Shown: piece by piece, positions 1 to 12,813 of the stretch
Layout of the letters: every line of letters starts with the position of its first letter
Position numbering within the stretch: position 1 is the first letter of the stretch
Assembly (NCBI GenBank): GCA_004431415.1
Contig: QPMI01000535.1
Location: 248,001 to 312,000 of the forward strand
From: Cyanophora paradoxa CCMP329
Taxonomy: Eukaryota > Plantae > Glaucophyta
Direction of reading: 5' to 3'
Length of the DNA stretch: 64,000 bases
Program-made: the position numbers and the translations under genes
The notes under the pieces: model-generated
The model's database searches: none
What the model was told of the DNA's origin: nothing
Seen by the model: the letters and a program-made list of their open reading frames with translations, nothing else

Positions 1-3000
1 GCGAGGTCTTCACGGGGCACGCCTGCACGAACGTGAAGACGCCACGGGATGCCCAGCCTTTCGTGGACGGGGTGCAGTTCGAGACGGGGGTGGACGCGCT
101 CGGGGAGACGGAGGCCTTCGCGATGGATCTGTGCCGCTGCCTCCGCCGGCGTGCATTTGAGCTCCGCATACGCGACAAGGCCACCGGCGCCCGCCCCGCA
201 GTGCGCGCTTCCCTCCCTCCCGCCCCCCCCCCCCCCCCCCCCTCCAACCCGAGCCGCCATGTTGCTGAGTCGAGCCGGGGTACAGGGCCGCATCAAGATG
301 AACCTCGTGCGGAGCGGGACAGGGCCGAAGGAGGACGGCCCCGGGGAGCCCCAGCCCCAGCCGCTGCCGCCCGGGCGCCCCGGGTACCCCCGCGCCTAGT
401 CCAAGCACGCCGCCGGAGACGCCGCGCCCGACCCGCCGCCAGCCGTCAAGCGGCCCTGCGCGAGGGCCGGCGGCGGGCCGAGCGCCGCGCCCGCCGTCTG
501 GATGGCCCCCGGCCCGCCGCTGCTCGGCTTCAGCCCGCCGCCACCGCCCGTGCTCTCACCCCCGATTCCAACCCCTCCGCCGGGCACGCCGGATTCGCCG
601 GGGGGCCCGGCGCCGACCTTCCTCCCGACGGCCCAGATCAAGCGGGAGGAGAGCGTCCTGCAGGAGGCCGGCTACCTCGACTCGCTCTTCTCGGCCTTCC
701 TCCGCTCGCCCCCCGCCGAGAACCGTTCCTCCGTCTCCGAGCTGCTCTCTTCCGCCGAGCAGAAGTTCTGGGAGCTCTTCGTCTCCTCCGAGACCAGCCG
801 CCTCTCCTTCCGCCGCCGCTCCGTGTTCGACGAGCCCAGCCCGCCGCTGCCGCGGCTGCTACCGCCGGCCGCCGAGGCCGAGTCGCACCGCGGGCGCCAC
901 GCGCGGCCCGTGCCCGACTCGGATGTGGACGCTCTCTTCGTTCAGCTCTCCAACCTCGCGATCGATCCCGACGCCCCCGTCCCCGTCCCCATCAGCCCGC
1001 CTTCTCCGCCCCAACCCGCCGAGTCGCCGCCGCAAACGCCGTCGCTGCCGCCGCCCGTGCCCTTCTCTCCGTCGCCCTACATCCTGGACCCACGCGAGGA
1101 GGACGAGTTTATGCGCCGCGTGAATGCCGCCGAGGCCGCCGGCGCAGCCTCCGCCCTCGCCGTCCTGTTGGGCGACCCCCGGTACCCCTCCGCGCGCCCC
1201 CTCCCCCTTCCAGCCCCTCCACTGACTTCGCCGGAAGCGTGCTGGGTACGGCCCTCTTTCGGACACCCGCCGGCCGAATACGTACCCGGCACCTCCTCGT
1301 GGTGCGCTCATGTACCCTCCACTTCACCACCCCACCCTCCCTCTCCTCAACCAACCGCTCTGGCACGGCAGCTTGTCCGCATCGCCGCCCGCTCCGCCGG
1401 CCCCGGGGGGGCCCGCTCCCTCTTCCCGCCCCCCCTGGTCCGACCCCCGCCCCCGCCCCCGCCCGCCCCCCGGAGCTCACCGCGCCTCTGTTTTCTCAGT
1501 TCGACTCCATACTCCGGTCCCTTTCATTCAATCTCCTCTCCAGCCCAACCTCGTACCCCACCCTGTGCGCCCCGCACACTACCCCCGCCGGGCTGCTGAC
1601 TTGACCCCCCCCCCTCCCCCCAGGGAGGAAGCGGAGCGCGCGTGCGAGAACGTGTGGAACTACGTCACGGTCGTCACGGCGGGTGCGGGCCCCGTACTCC
1701 CTCCCTTCCCCTCCCCCCCGCCCCCCTTTCTTCCGCACGCCCGCCCCCCCCCCCCCCCCTCCCGTCCCTTACGCCCCCGGGCAGAGTACGTGCTCATCTC
1801 ACCGGACTTTCTGCTCGCTCCCTTGGACGAGGCGCGCCGTACCCCCCTCACCCTCCCCCGGAACGTCACGTGTACCCCCGACAGGTGCTGGCGCTGCACG
1901 AGCAGGCGATGCAAATCGCGGAGGACACCATCGAGCGGTGAGGCGTACCCCTCCCGAGTCCGGCTCGGAAAGCCCGCCGCCCGGAGCCGAACCGGGGCGC
2001 GCAGCTTCGGGCGGGATCCGCGCGCGGAGCTCCTGCTGACGACGGCCAAGGTCCGCGGGGGCCGCTGCCAAAGGCGGCAGCTGGCGACTCGGGGGCCGCG
2101 CGCAGATGCGGGCGGGGTTCAGCCTGCGCCAGTGCGGCCACTTGCGGGAGGCCCTCGAGCTCACCTTCGAGGTCCGCCGGCGCCGCGCCGTTTCCGCGGG
2201 CCCTTCTACCCCTCGCGATCGCGATCGTGATCGAACCGGCCCTTCGGTCGCAGGCCTGGGACGACCTCCTCCGCCTGCGGGTGCGCCCCTTCTGCCCCCT
2301 GCCGGCGCCTCTGCGCGGCCGGGCGCCGAGAACCCTGGCAGGTGTACCCCCACCGCCTCGAGAGCGAGGCGCTGCGCGAGCTTTGCGAGTTGCACGGTAC
2401 CCATCCATCCCGTCCCAGCGGGGCGCGGGGCGGGCTTGACATTGAGGCGGGCGGGCGCAGTGCACATCGAGCGGACGGACCTCGCGCGCCATTTTGCGGA
2501 GCGCCTGTACTGGTGACCTGCAGCCTGCTCGCTCTGCGCTCGCACATTGCTCCCGAGTAAACGCTGACTACCCGCGACCCTTCAGGTTCGAGGAGACGGA
2601 CGACGACGTAGAGTTCAAGGTTTCCTGCCTCCAGACCCTCGGTCCGGCCCGTCGCGCTGCGCCCCGCCCCGCCCCGCCTCGTTCAGGGAGCGCCGGCAGC
2701 GTTCATCGAGTGGCACGAGGGGGACCCGTCCGCCGCCGTCGAGATCTACCGCCGCGCTGTCGCCATCTGCCGCGGTCGGCCCCCGCCAGCCCCGCCCCGC
2801 CCCGCGAGCTCACGCCGGCCTCTTGCACTGCCGCTGGCAGAGCTCGTGGAGCGCACCGGGGGCAACGCGGCGTACGCGCTGCGCCTCGGGCGCGCCGGCA
2901 AGTCCCTCGGCCTCTGCGAGCTCACCGCCGGTGCTCTTCCCTGCGCCGCTTAGCTACTCTCCGCTGCTCTGCGCTGTGCCGTTCTCGAACGTTTCTCACC

Positions 3001-3949
3001 CGTCCTGACCGCGCGCGCAGGGCTGGTGGGCAGCTGGGGGCGCACGGCCTACACGGCCTGTAAAGGTCTTCCCCCTCCTCCAGCGCCGCCGCGCCCCTCC
3101 CAGCGACAGGCGCTCACTTCTGTCTCGCGCAGTGACCGACGCCGTCTGTGAGCTGACCAGCTCTGAGCACGACGACTTCGGCCTTGCGGGCGCGGCGCCT
3201 TCCAAAACCTCCCCTCTCGTTTCGTTTCCTGAGCCGGTGGCCCGGACCGCAGCGTGCGCCGTGATCTTCCGCCCCGACGGCTTCGCCCTCCGCCACGCGA
3301 TCCGCATCATGCGCACCTGCGCCCTGCACCTCGAGGCGCCCCCGCCCCGCCCCGCCCCGCCCGCCCTCTTCAAAGCCCCCTCCGATTCTGAGCGCCCGTC
3401 TCCCGCGCAGTGGGGCCACCAGCGGTACAAGACGCCGCACAAGATGGCGTCCACCTTCTACCACATCGGCCTCGTCTGCGGTGCGCCCGCGGCGCCCCAA
3501 ACCGTCGTTCCTCTTTTGCCCTGCACGTGGACTTCCTCTCGGGCTCACGCTCTCTTCTGTTCCTAGCGCTGGACGGGCAGCTGCCGGAGGCGCTGGAGTT
3601 GTTTTCAACGGCGATGGCCAAGTACACGTGCACGCCCGAGCTCGCCGCCTGCTTCGGCGACTCCCACCCCCGCATCCGCAACCTCCGCCGCGCCGCCGCC
3701 TGGGTCGCCGCCCGCCTCGGGCGGCCCGTGCCGCCGGAGCTCGCCGCCCCCCTCGACGCCAGCGGGCAGCTGTGCGGCCCGGCGGCTCCGGCGCGGCGCG
3801 GCTCGCGGCTCGCCCCGCGCCAGAGCCTGGACCCGGCGTTCTGGACCAGCCGGGGTATAGACGTCGAGCTGCAGGAGGTGTTCAAGGCGACGTACCCCGC
3901 GGACACCCTCGTGCAGATCGGCGCCTGGCTCGCAAACGGGCCCGGCTGA
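1..3949 (+). CDS. Multi-exon hypothetical protein (5' end outside window), Pro-rich N-half, helical C-half
   Basis: Chain of plausible exons separated by short C-rich GT/GC-AG introns (e.g. QIKREESVLQEAGYLDSLFSAF, LRECELHVHIERTDLARHFAERLYW-like segments, ALDGQLPEALELFSTAMAKY); last exon ends TGA at 3947-3949. No family recognised. Confidence 0.55.
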
Positions 3950-4189
3950 CCACCCGCGGGCCTTCTGCTCCCAACCTTTCGTGAAATGCTCTGAATCTCG
4001 CTTATCTGCCACGCTGACTCGTCGGAATCGTGCTGCCTTCTTTTGTAAACCTTACAGACTGTTACATATATAGTGAACACTGTGCTCGGAGGGGGCGGCA
4101 GCCGTGAGGTCGATCTCGGTCCTCGCCGCCCCCCGCCCCGCCCCGCCGCAGTGCGTGGCGGGAGGGCCGAGCGGCGCTGCCGCCTCCGC

Positions 4190-5745
4190 TCAGAGCACGT
4201 GGTAGCGCCCGTCGGCCGCGTAGCCGTCGTCGTGAGCCTCCGCGCCCACAGCGCCCTCCCTCGAGTCGAAGTCGGCGGAGGCCCCGTACCCGTCCTGCGG
4301 GGGTCGTCACGGGGTATCCAGAGAGGGAGAGGGGGGCGGGGGGGGGGGGGGGGGGGGGGGGGAGTACCTCGGCGAACTCGGAGCCGTCGTCGATCTCGGC
4401 GTACCCCTCCCCGGCGGCGTAGATCTGCAGGATGCCGTCCTCGAGCTGCTCGGCGTAGGGGGGGTACGGGCCCTGGGAGTCGGAGGGCGGGGGCGGGGTG
4501 TCGCCGGAGCCATCTTCGGGGGCCTGGCTGCCGTCGGGGGCCTGAATGAAGCCCTTGGCACCCTTGCCGCCCTTGGCGCCCCTGCCGCCCTTGGCCAGCT
4601 TGCCCTTCGGCGCCGCCTTGAGCTTCTTGCCCTGCTGCCTGCCCCCCTTCCCCGACTTCCCGGATCCTCGCAGAGTCTGCGTGGCCGCCTGCTCGCCCTC
4701 CCCCGCCGCCTGCCCGCCGCCCGCCTGCGCCTTCAAGGCCACGCAGCGGTACGCCTTCATGTACTTCCCCAGCGCTTCCTCCGCTCTTTCCACGTCCCGG
4801 ACAACGGCGTCGAGGTCGCGGCACACGCCGTCCGGCCCCTTCATCTTCCCCACGTTCTTCTCCCCGTTGGACTGCAGCGCCTCCTCGCAGCTGCGCGCGC
4901 GCGCGGGGCGCGTCGGCGGCGGCCGGCGCGGCCGGGCGGGGCGGGGCGGGGGGTCCGCACCGCTTCACGGAGACGTCCTCGGGAAAGACGCGGTACGAGG
5001 CGAGGCACATGTTGCGCCACGGGTAGTTGAACCCCGTCACGAACTTGAGAGCGTTCGACTGGCCCGCGGACTTGTAGCCTGCGGCCGTGGCGTCGGGCCC
5101 CGGGGGGCAAGGACGATTTGCATGGCCAAGCACAGGTTGGAAATTAAAAGGACGCGCGCACAGCCTCCGGGCTCGTTCAACTTGTCAACTGCCTCCAGGA
5201 GGGCCTTCAGTTTGGTGTCCTCGCCGCCGGCCTGCACCTTCCAGTAGTTCTTGTCTGCGTTCCCGTAGGGATCTTTCGCGTCGTCCGAGGCGCAGTCCTC
5301 CAGAGACTGCGGCATCGCGACGCCGCCGACGCTCGCGGCACTCCAGTCGGCGACGCTCTTCTCTACAGGGTTCGCCCCTGAGCGCTGGGCGTCAGCGGCG
5401 CTGCGAAACAACACGCTGGGAATCTTAGAACAGGCGTCGATGATCGGACGTCCGCAATGACACGCGCGCGCAGCACCAGCGAGCTCGAGCCTCGGAGTTT
5501 CAGCTCCAGGACAGGCCAAGGCCCCGAATCGCACCTGTGGCTGGCTTCGCTTTCCAGTTCTTGATCTTGTGGACGGCTTCTCGGGCCCCGAGGTACAGAC
5601 CGTGCGCCCCGGCCCCGACCACATTGACGGCACCAAGAGCGGCTCCGCCTGCAACGATGCCAGCGCCCGCCACGGGAGCCCAAAGAGGAGCTGTCACTCC
5701 GGCACCAATCAATCCCAAGAAACCGCCAATATCCCCTCCTCCCAT
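4190..5745 (-). CDS. Hypothetical protein with Gly-rich hydrophobic N-terminus, Cys-containing core and acidic Tyr/Gly-rich tail
   Basis: ATG 5745 (MGGGDIGGFLGLIGAGVTAPLWAPVAGAG...), exons ...YWKVQAGGEDTKLKALLEAVDKL..., KFVTGFNYPWRNMCLASYRVFPEDV, GYAEIDDGSEFAE; stop at 4190 after ...GRYHVL. Confidence 0.55.
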
Positions 5746-6256
5746 GGTTGCTGCAGCTGGTCGGGCTGGCCCGGCCTGGCCGCGGCTGCTGCTCGGCGAG
5801 CTGTTGCGGGCGAGCTCGAGCCGGGCGGTTTGCTTGCTGCTTGCAATCGAAACACGATGAACGCCGTGAGGCTGCGCGTCGGCGTTCGCCCCGTGCCGAG
5901 GCTGTGCGAGTTCGACGTCGAACCTTTTTTTCGTGAACCACGAACGGGAGTACACCGTTCCGGACCACTGCAGGCGTTTTCTTTCGAACCATGCAATAAA
6001 CGGATCCGGATTCCGGAGTACAGCGTTAACGTTCGATTCCGAGTTTCACAGCGCTAGGCTGCCGGCGAGCCTGCCGCCGCCTGCCGCCGCTGCCGGAGCC
6101 TGCCGCTAGCGTTAACGTTCCTCACAATTGCAACTTGCAAGCGGATTGCGGGCACCGCGGCCGGCCGCGGGAAGCACAGCGTTTGAGCTCGCCCCCTGTG
6201 CTCGGCGAGCGTCGCAGCAAACCAGCGTCGCGCAGCGCTAGCCAGCAATTCATTGA

Positions 6257-7664
6257 ATGGCGCCCACGCGTACGGCCGGATCCGGAGCCGAGCAAGACGC
6301 TCCCTTAAGACTAGATCGGACAGCGAAAGAGCAGGCTCTGCTGTATGCCAACGATCCCGTAGAAGTTGGGAGCATCTTCGGCCTTCCGTTCGTCCCAGTC
6401 GCGTTGCTCGCCGGCGGAGCCTATCAAGGCTACAAGTGGGCCCAGAAGAAAGCCTGCCTTCGCTCAAATGACGAGAAGTGTCTGAAGAAGCTCTGCCTTG
6501 GGCCGTTCCAGACACAAAAATGTTACATGTCTAAGTACGTAACTACATACATTCCGCTCCCGGATCCCCCGAGGTCAGCTGCAGCACTCAGTGGCCCGCA
6601 GGTGCCTCGGCGTCTTTGACAGGAACGTGAAGTGCATGAAGGAGAACTGCGTGGGCAACTATGAGGACGAGAAGTGTTTCCGCGCTCAGTGCATAGGCCG
6701 GTACAAGACGGACGCCTGCATGATGGAGAAGTGCAAGGTGCGCGTGGGAAACGAGCGGTATTGGAACAAGTTGGGCAAATTCGAGGCGATCGCGTGCGAC
6801 GGTGCGCGCGGGCTTCCCCTTTCGCGCGCACCGAAGCCGGCCCTAACCCAAGGCCTTCTTCCCGCAATCAGAGTGGAAGGCGGCGAAGGGCGGCGGAGGC
6901 GCCGCGCAGGGGGAGCTCGAGCCCGCCGCGGCTGAAGCGGCCGAGGTGCCGTCCGGCGTCCCCGCGCAAGCTCTGGACTCCGACGTGCGCCGCGGCGCCC
7001 CGCCCCGCGCCCCGCCCCGCGCCCCGCGCCCGGCCGCTGACCCAGAGCTCAGACCCTCGTCCAGGACGACGCGTACGCTTACGCCATCGTCGACGCCGAC
7101 GGCCGTGCCGCGGAGGGTAATCGCGTACCCCCAACTCCCGGATGTGGACTCACCGACTCCCGGATCTGGACTCACCGACTCCCGGATTTGGACTCACCCG
7201 CCCCGCCCCCGCAGAGGCGCAGGCGTCGCCCGAGGACGGGGGTACCGCCCTCACCGAGGTCCGCGGGCTGTACCCCTCCCTCCCGCCGCCCCGGCCGCTC
7301 TGATGCCTGTACCCCCGCAGGGCGGAGCGCTGTACGGCGCGAAAGCGGCGGCGAAGGCGGCGGACGGGGGGTACACGAGCTACAGCGCTGTGCGCGGGCC
7401 CGAGGAGGGGGGCCCGCTGCCCGCCGTCGAGCGGGGCCCGCAGGGGGGGTACGGCGAGGCGGAGGAGGCGCCGGCAGCGGAGGCGGACTCGGCGGAGGGG
7501 TGCGCCTTCGAAGCCGCCGCCGACGGCGGCCTCGCCCACGCGGTACCCCCTCCCCCCCCTTTTCCGGCGAGCCCCCCTTCTCCGTTGGCTGACGCGTACC
7601 CCCCCAGGACGGGGAGGCGGTGTGCCTGTGGCACGGCGCCCACGAGCCGCCAGCGCTCTGCTGA
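6257..7664 (+). CDS. Hypothetical protein with five tandem C-x4-C repeats and acidic tail
   Basis: Splicing the intron after TCTAA (gtacgt...cgcag, ~6535-6601) gives KCLKKLCLGPFQTQ KCYMSKCLGVFDRNV KCMKENCVGNYEDE KCFRAQCIGRYKTD ACMMEKCKV; final exon DGEAVCLWHGAHEPPALC* ends 7664. Confidence 0.6.
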
Positions 7665-8389
7665 GAACAAGAGAAGGGTGCGTTGGATCTCTTCGTGGGC
7701 CCAGCGCCCCGGACGGCGTCGCGAGGCCCGAACCCCCCCCCCCCCCCCCCCCGCCCCCCCCCCCCCCCCCCCCTTCCCCGGTTCCTTCGCCCCATCAGGC
7801 CGGGCCCGCCAGGGGCCGTCTATGATCGCGGGAAGCCTGGTAGCCGCTGAATTCAAGCTGAAGCTGAAGACTGCTCTCTTCTGGAGACTGGCAGACTACG
7901 CTAAGGGACTTTCACGACTCTGAGAAGCGCTAGCGGACGGCTGCCAGGCGATGGCCGCGATGCTCGTCAAAAGAAAGGGGGAAAAGTCGGCACATTTTAA
8001 ATGGTCATATCGATCATGAGACATCATTCATGAAAGCAACAGTAGCTGGGGCCGAACTGAGTGATGAACAATTTTGCAAGCAAAAAGCGCTTTGAATCGA
8101 AGTACTGGCTATAGATTTGCTACAAAAGAGGACTACTACCAGGCCGGTGCAAGCCGATCTTAAAGGCGAGAGGGAGGGCAGATCTACAGCAGCACCCGAT
8201 TGTATTACTATGTATAACCCCGTAGTACGAATCACTGCAATCGCAAGCTACGCTACAATAATCAAAGTCCGAGGCGCGAGAAATCGTCCAGCGAAAAGCA
8301 AAGGGTCCACGGAAGTCAAACCGCGACTTCTCTTACTGGTTACCTAACTTCGATTGGGGAGGGGGAAAAGGGATGGGGAGGGGGTCGGG

Positions 8390-9531
8390 CTACAAACCCC
8401 CAGAAAGAAAGGGGTACGCAGAGGCTGTAGAGGCGTCGGAGAAAGCGAAAGCGGCCGCGGGGGGGCTCGAGGCGGGGGTCCACGCGGGCGGGGGTGCGGC
8501 AGCGGGCGCCCCCTGGGCCGCGGGGGGACAGGCGAGGCCGGGGGCGGGCACGATGGGCCGCGGGGGCTTCGGCGGGGGAGAGGCGCGCTTCTGACTGCGG
8601 GCGGGGCCTCGTGGGGCACGGTCCCGCGAGGCGCCGGCCGGCCAGGGCACGAGGGGCCGCCCCGCCACCCCGGGCGCCGACCTCCCTTCCGCTCTCGGCC
8701 GCACCGGCTGCGGCACGGCGTAGGCGAGGGGCAGCCGGGAGGCTTCTTGCGTCGCCAGGGGGTACACGGAGACCGTCGCGGGTTCGGATCCCGCCCGCTC
8801 CTCTTCGGGCATCGAGCCCCACTCGGCTGCGCGGGCGCTGCGGTGAGCGGAGGGCCGCGGGTCGCGGGAGGGGGAACACGTTACCCCGCAACCGATCAAC
8901 GACGGACCCCAGCGGCACACTGCGTGCCAAGCGGAACGAAGTAAGGGCCGCCCCAGGCGGTTCGGAGGGCAGGGGTACAGCGGCGCTGACCCGGGGTACT
9001 CCTTCACGGCATCGCTGAGCCGCTCGTTCAGGAAGGCCGCGAAGCTGCGCGCGGTCACGGGGGTACGGGCGACCAGACCGGAGGGAGGGGGGTACGCACC
9101 CGGAGGCGGAGGGCGGGGTGAAGGCGGGGCGGGCGGGGGCGGGGCGGCTGGAGGGGGGGTGGGGGCTCCTGGGGGAGGAGTCGCCCCCGACCCGCGGGGC
9201 GGGGGGCCGGGCCCTCCCTTCGGCCAGAGCGTCCGAGCTGCACCGCGCCCGCGCCTGGAGGGGGGTACGAGAGATGAGCAGGGGGTACAGGCGATCGACT
9301 GGATCACAGCACCTTCTTCACCGAAGCGGCTCCCTCGGCGTACGCGGGGGGAGGGGCGTCGAAGAGGGCGGGGGGTACGGGAAGCGCGGGGGCGGGGGGC
9401 GACTGGTCGTCCCCTCCCGGGGCTAGGGGCGAGAAGACAAGGGCGGAGGGCCCCGCGCCGGCCACCGCGCCGGCGGCTGCTCCCGCGGCCGGGGCCGGGG
9501 CCGGGGCCGGGGCGAGCTCGGCGAGGGACAT
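8390..9531 (-). CDS. Pro/Ala-rich hypothetical protein
   Basis: ATG 9531 MSLAELAPAPAPA...; segment ARSFAAFLNERLSDAVKEY; low complexity, exon structure uncertain. Confidence 0.35.
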
Positions 9532-9777
9532 GGACTCGAGGCGGAGGGAGAGCTCGAGGGACGCCCGTGCCGCCTCCACCGACTGCCGCGCGGGCCGGGG
9601 CGACGCTCGCTCAGACGGCACGCGAGGCGCCCTCTACACGCTCGCTCACGCCGTCTAGACGTCTAGACGTCTAGACGTCTCGAGGGAGAGAGGGCAAGGC
9701 AGAGGGGGGGAAGACGGCGTGCGGCGCCGCAGAAGAGGAGGGGCGGGAGGAGGAGGCGCGAGGCGCGGAGGGGTCTA

Positions 9778-12424
9778 CTACACGCGGCCCGGCCCCAGGC
9801 AGGCATCGTCTAGAGGAGGACTCTGCAGCGCTAGAGGGGAGGCGAGGACTGGAGGGCGGGGACCTCTGCAGCGGCGGGGCGGGCGGGGCCGAGGGGTACG
9901 CACGCGCGAGAGGACGCCCGGGTTTCTCCGCGGCTCCCGCATCTCCTGCGCCTCCGCCCGCAGCACCTGGAAGGGGGGGCGGGGGGGGGGGGGGGGGGCA
10001 CAGGGGCCGGGCCGGCCGGGGCCGGGGGAGGCCTTCCGGGCACCTGCCCCGCCTCGACGAGCGGCGACTTAGCGTCGTAGTTGTAGGGAGAGCCGTCGGA
10101 GGAGTCGCCCGGCGGCCGCACCCACGAGGCGCCCCCGTCCGGGGACCACGGGCCCTCCGAGCCCCGCCGCTGCGCCCCGGCTCGGCCTCAGGAGGAGAAG
10201 AAGGGGGAGGGGATGGTACGGGGGGTACGGGGAACGCGCCTCGACGCCGACGAGGTCGAAGAAGATCTCGGTGGCCTTCGAGGGCTGCTCCCCCGCCTCC
10301 TGGGGGGGCCCGGCGGGGGCCGCGGCGGGGGCGGCGGGGGCGGCCGAAGCGGCGGCGAGGACGAGGCCCGGGCCGAGGGCGGCGGGGGCCCCGCGGGGCG
10401 CGAAGGAGTGGAGGACGAACGGCGAGGGCGCCGGCCCGGCCCCGATCCCCGGGCCGTGGGGCACAGAGAGGGAGAGCCTGCGGGCGCCCCAGTGGAGGGG
10501 TACGCCCGCGCTCCCGGAGGCGAAGCGAAGGGAGCGCGGGGCCCGGACTCCCGCGCAGCCGTCCGCCGCGAACTCCTGCGGGCGAAAAAGAGGCCTCAGC
10601 GGGCTCGGAGGGGGCAGGCTGCGAGACAGGAGCGCTCTAAGATCGGCGAGATGCATGCTAGACTCGACTGGACATCGAGGGAGGACGATGCGGCGGGGCG
10701 AGAGCTTGTCGCTCGGCGCCCTTCATCCTCCATCGACTCGGCCCCCTTCGCAGGCTCCTTCCCCCGGCCGAGGGGGGTGGGCACTGGCCTGGAGGACGAT
10801 GCGGCGGACGCGGAGGGTGTACTTGGCCAGCAGCCGGCAGAAGAGCTGCCGCACCACTGCCCGGCGCGGTGCCGCGGCCGTCAGAAAGGCGAGAGGGGGG
10901 GCAGGGCGGGCGGGGGGGGGGGGGGGGGGGGGGGGGTGCTGGGGGAGGCGCCGTTGGCCAAGCCTCTAGCAACGGCGGGGAGGAAGGAAGGGCGGGGCGG
11001 GCGCACTGTAGCCGGGGAGGTAGGAGACGAAGGAGCGCGGCTTCTCCAGCGCCAGGAACGTGTACCTGAGTTCAGTTCAGGTGAGCGCCAGGAAAGCGGT
11101 CGGGCCGCCTCTAGAGCCCTTGACTAGACATCAGGACTACCCCCGCCCAGAGCGGGGGGCGGGTCTATAGAGCCTCGGTTCGAGCCCTCCGAAGTCTTCA
11201 CGAGGGGTTATGCGAGGCGCGAGCTCCCATAGCCGTGCCCCGCCCCGCCCCGCTCCGCTTGCCGCTTAACTCGCCGCCAAGAGAACACCCGCGTTCCTTC
11301 GCCCCGGCCGGCCCCAGCGCAAGCCCCTCTCCGGGAGGGAGGAAGGGGCCTAGAGCCGGGCGCGCCGCGCGCCCGTCAGCCTCCCTCCAAGGCCCTGGGC
11401 CGCCCGTCTCGCTCTAGATCCCCTGGAGCCCGGCGCGGACGAGCCGGGGCCGGCTGCCCGGGCGCACCGGCAGCCCTCCGGGGTACCGGCGATGTGCCAC
11501 GCCGACAGCGTCCGCATCTTCTCCCGGTACCGCCGCGGCGTCCTTTTTTGAGGGGCGGGGGTACGGGCGTCAGCAGGGGCGGGGGGCGGGGGGCCGGCTG
11601 CGCGGACCAGATGCCGCCCTCGCGCTCGACGGGCACGCGGATCCCGAACGCGGAGCCGTCCGGTAGCCTGCGGGGGTTTCAAAAGGGGGGGGTCGAAACG
11701 GTCGGGGTACGGGATCGGGCAGACCTGCGCGTGGCCCGCAGCATGAAGCTCTCGAGTAGCCAGCCTGCGGGCGCCGTCAGGGGGGAAGGAGCCGGAGGGG
11801 GGTACGGGCGCGCCGAGGTAGTTCGCGTGGTCCTCGTGGACGGAGACGGCGCCAATGTTCTGCAGGTCCTCGGGGGGCGCCGCCTCGAGCTGCGCGATCT
11901 CCGTCTCCCGCACCGTGAACTCGTTAAAGTCCTGCGCGCGCGGCTAAGGGAAGAGGAGGAGGGGGAGGAGGGGGAGGAGGAGCAGGGGCTCGAGCGCGGG
12001 GACCTTGGTGCGGGAGTGGCTCAGGATGGCGGAGGTCGCGAACGCGGCGGGCATCCCTTCGAAGTCCGTGACGACGCGGTACGCTGTGAACGGCGCGTAG
12101 CAGTCGCTGCAGCAGAGCGCGTTGGGATCGGGCGCGAGTATGGCCCGGATCCAACCCGGCAACGATCCGGATCATGTAAGAGCGCACTTGGTCTCCACGC
12201 TGACGCTCGTCTCGGCGGGGCCGCCCACGCCGTGCTCCATCGACACGCTGAAGCCGCTGTGCCTCATGAGTTCCAGAGCGCCGTGAAGGATCTGCGCACG
12301 TGCGCGCCGGCGCCCCGCGTCGACGTCCAGTTGATTGCAAGAGCGGTCGCGGTCGCCGGCGCCGGCGAGGGAAGGCAGCGCGGACCTGCTCGACGAGCTG
12401 CGCGTCGTAAGCCGGCTCCTCCAT
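9778..12424 (-). CDS. Multi-exon hypothetical protein (possibly two genes)
   Basis: Protein-like segments MEEPAYDAQLVEQVRAAF, GWIRAILAPDPNALCCSDCYAPFTAY, FNEFTVRETEIAQLEAAPPEDLQNIG, SKATEIFFDLVGVE separated by C-rich introns; apparent frameshifts. Confidence 0.4.
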
Positions 12425-12813
12425 CGGAATTGCTGCCGGCAGCTTGCAGCTCACGCGAGCGTTTCGTGGGCGATTCGCCGGCCTGACGGGGTCAGGAAGG
12501 AGCACCGTCCGAGCACCTACTGCCGAGTCGGCGCTGACCGAGGCCCGATTCTACAGAATATCCAGCACTAATGGCACTATGCTAGCTGGGGTTCCAAAGC
12601 GATGTCTGTAAAACCAAATCAGCGGCCGCAACGCCGTAGTCCCGCCCCCTGCTCGTGTTGCTCTCGCGGCATCGGTTGCTCGTGCGCGCAGCCGACTTCT
12701 GCCGGTAACGCTGCAGCGCAGCGATGCTTCCGCGAGGGGGGTATGCGAGCGACTTCTGTTCTCCGCACGCTCCGGACGACCGTGACACGTACCCGTGCGA
12801 CCTCCTTCCCGTC

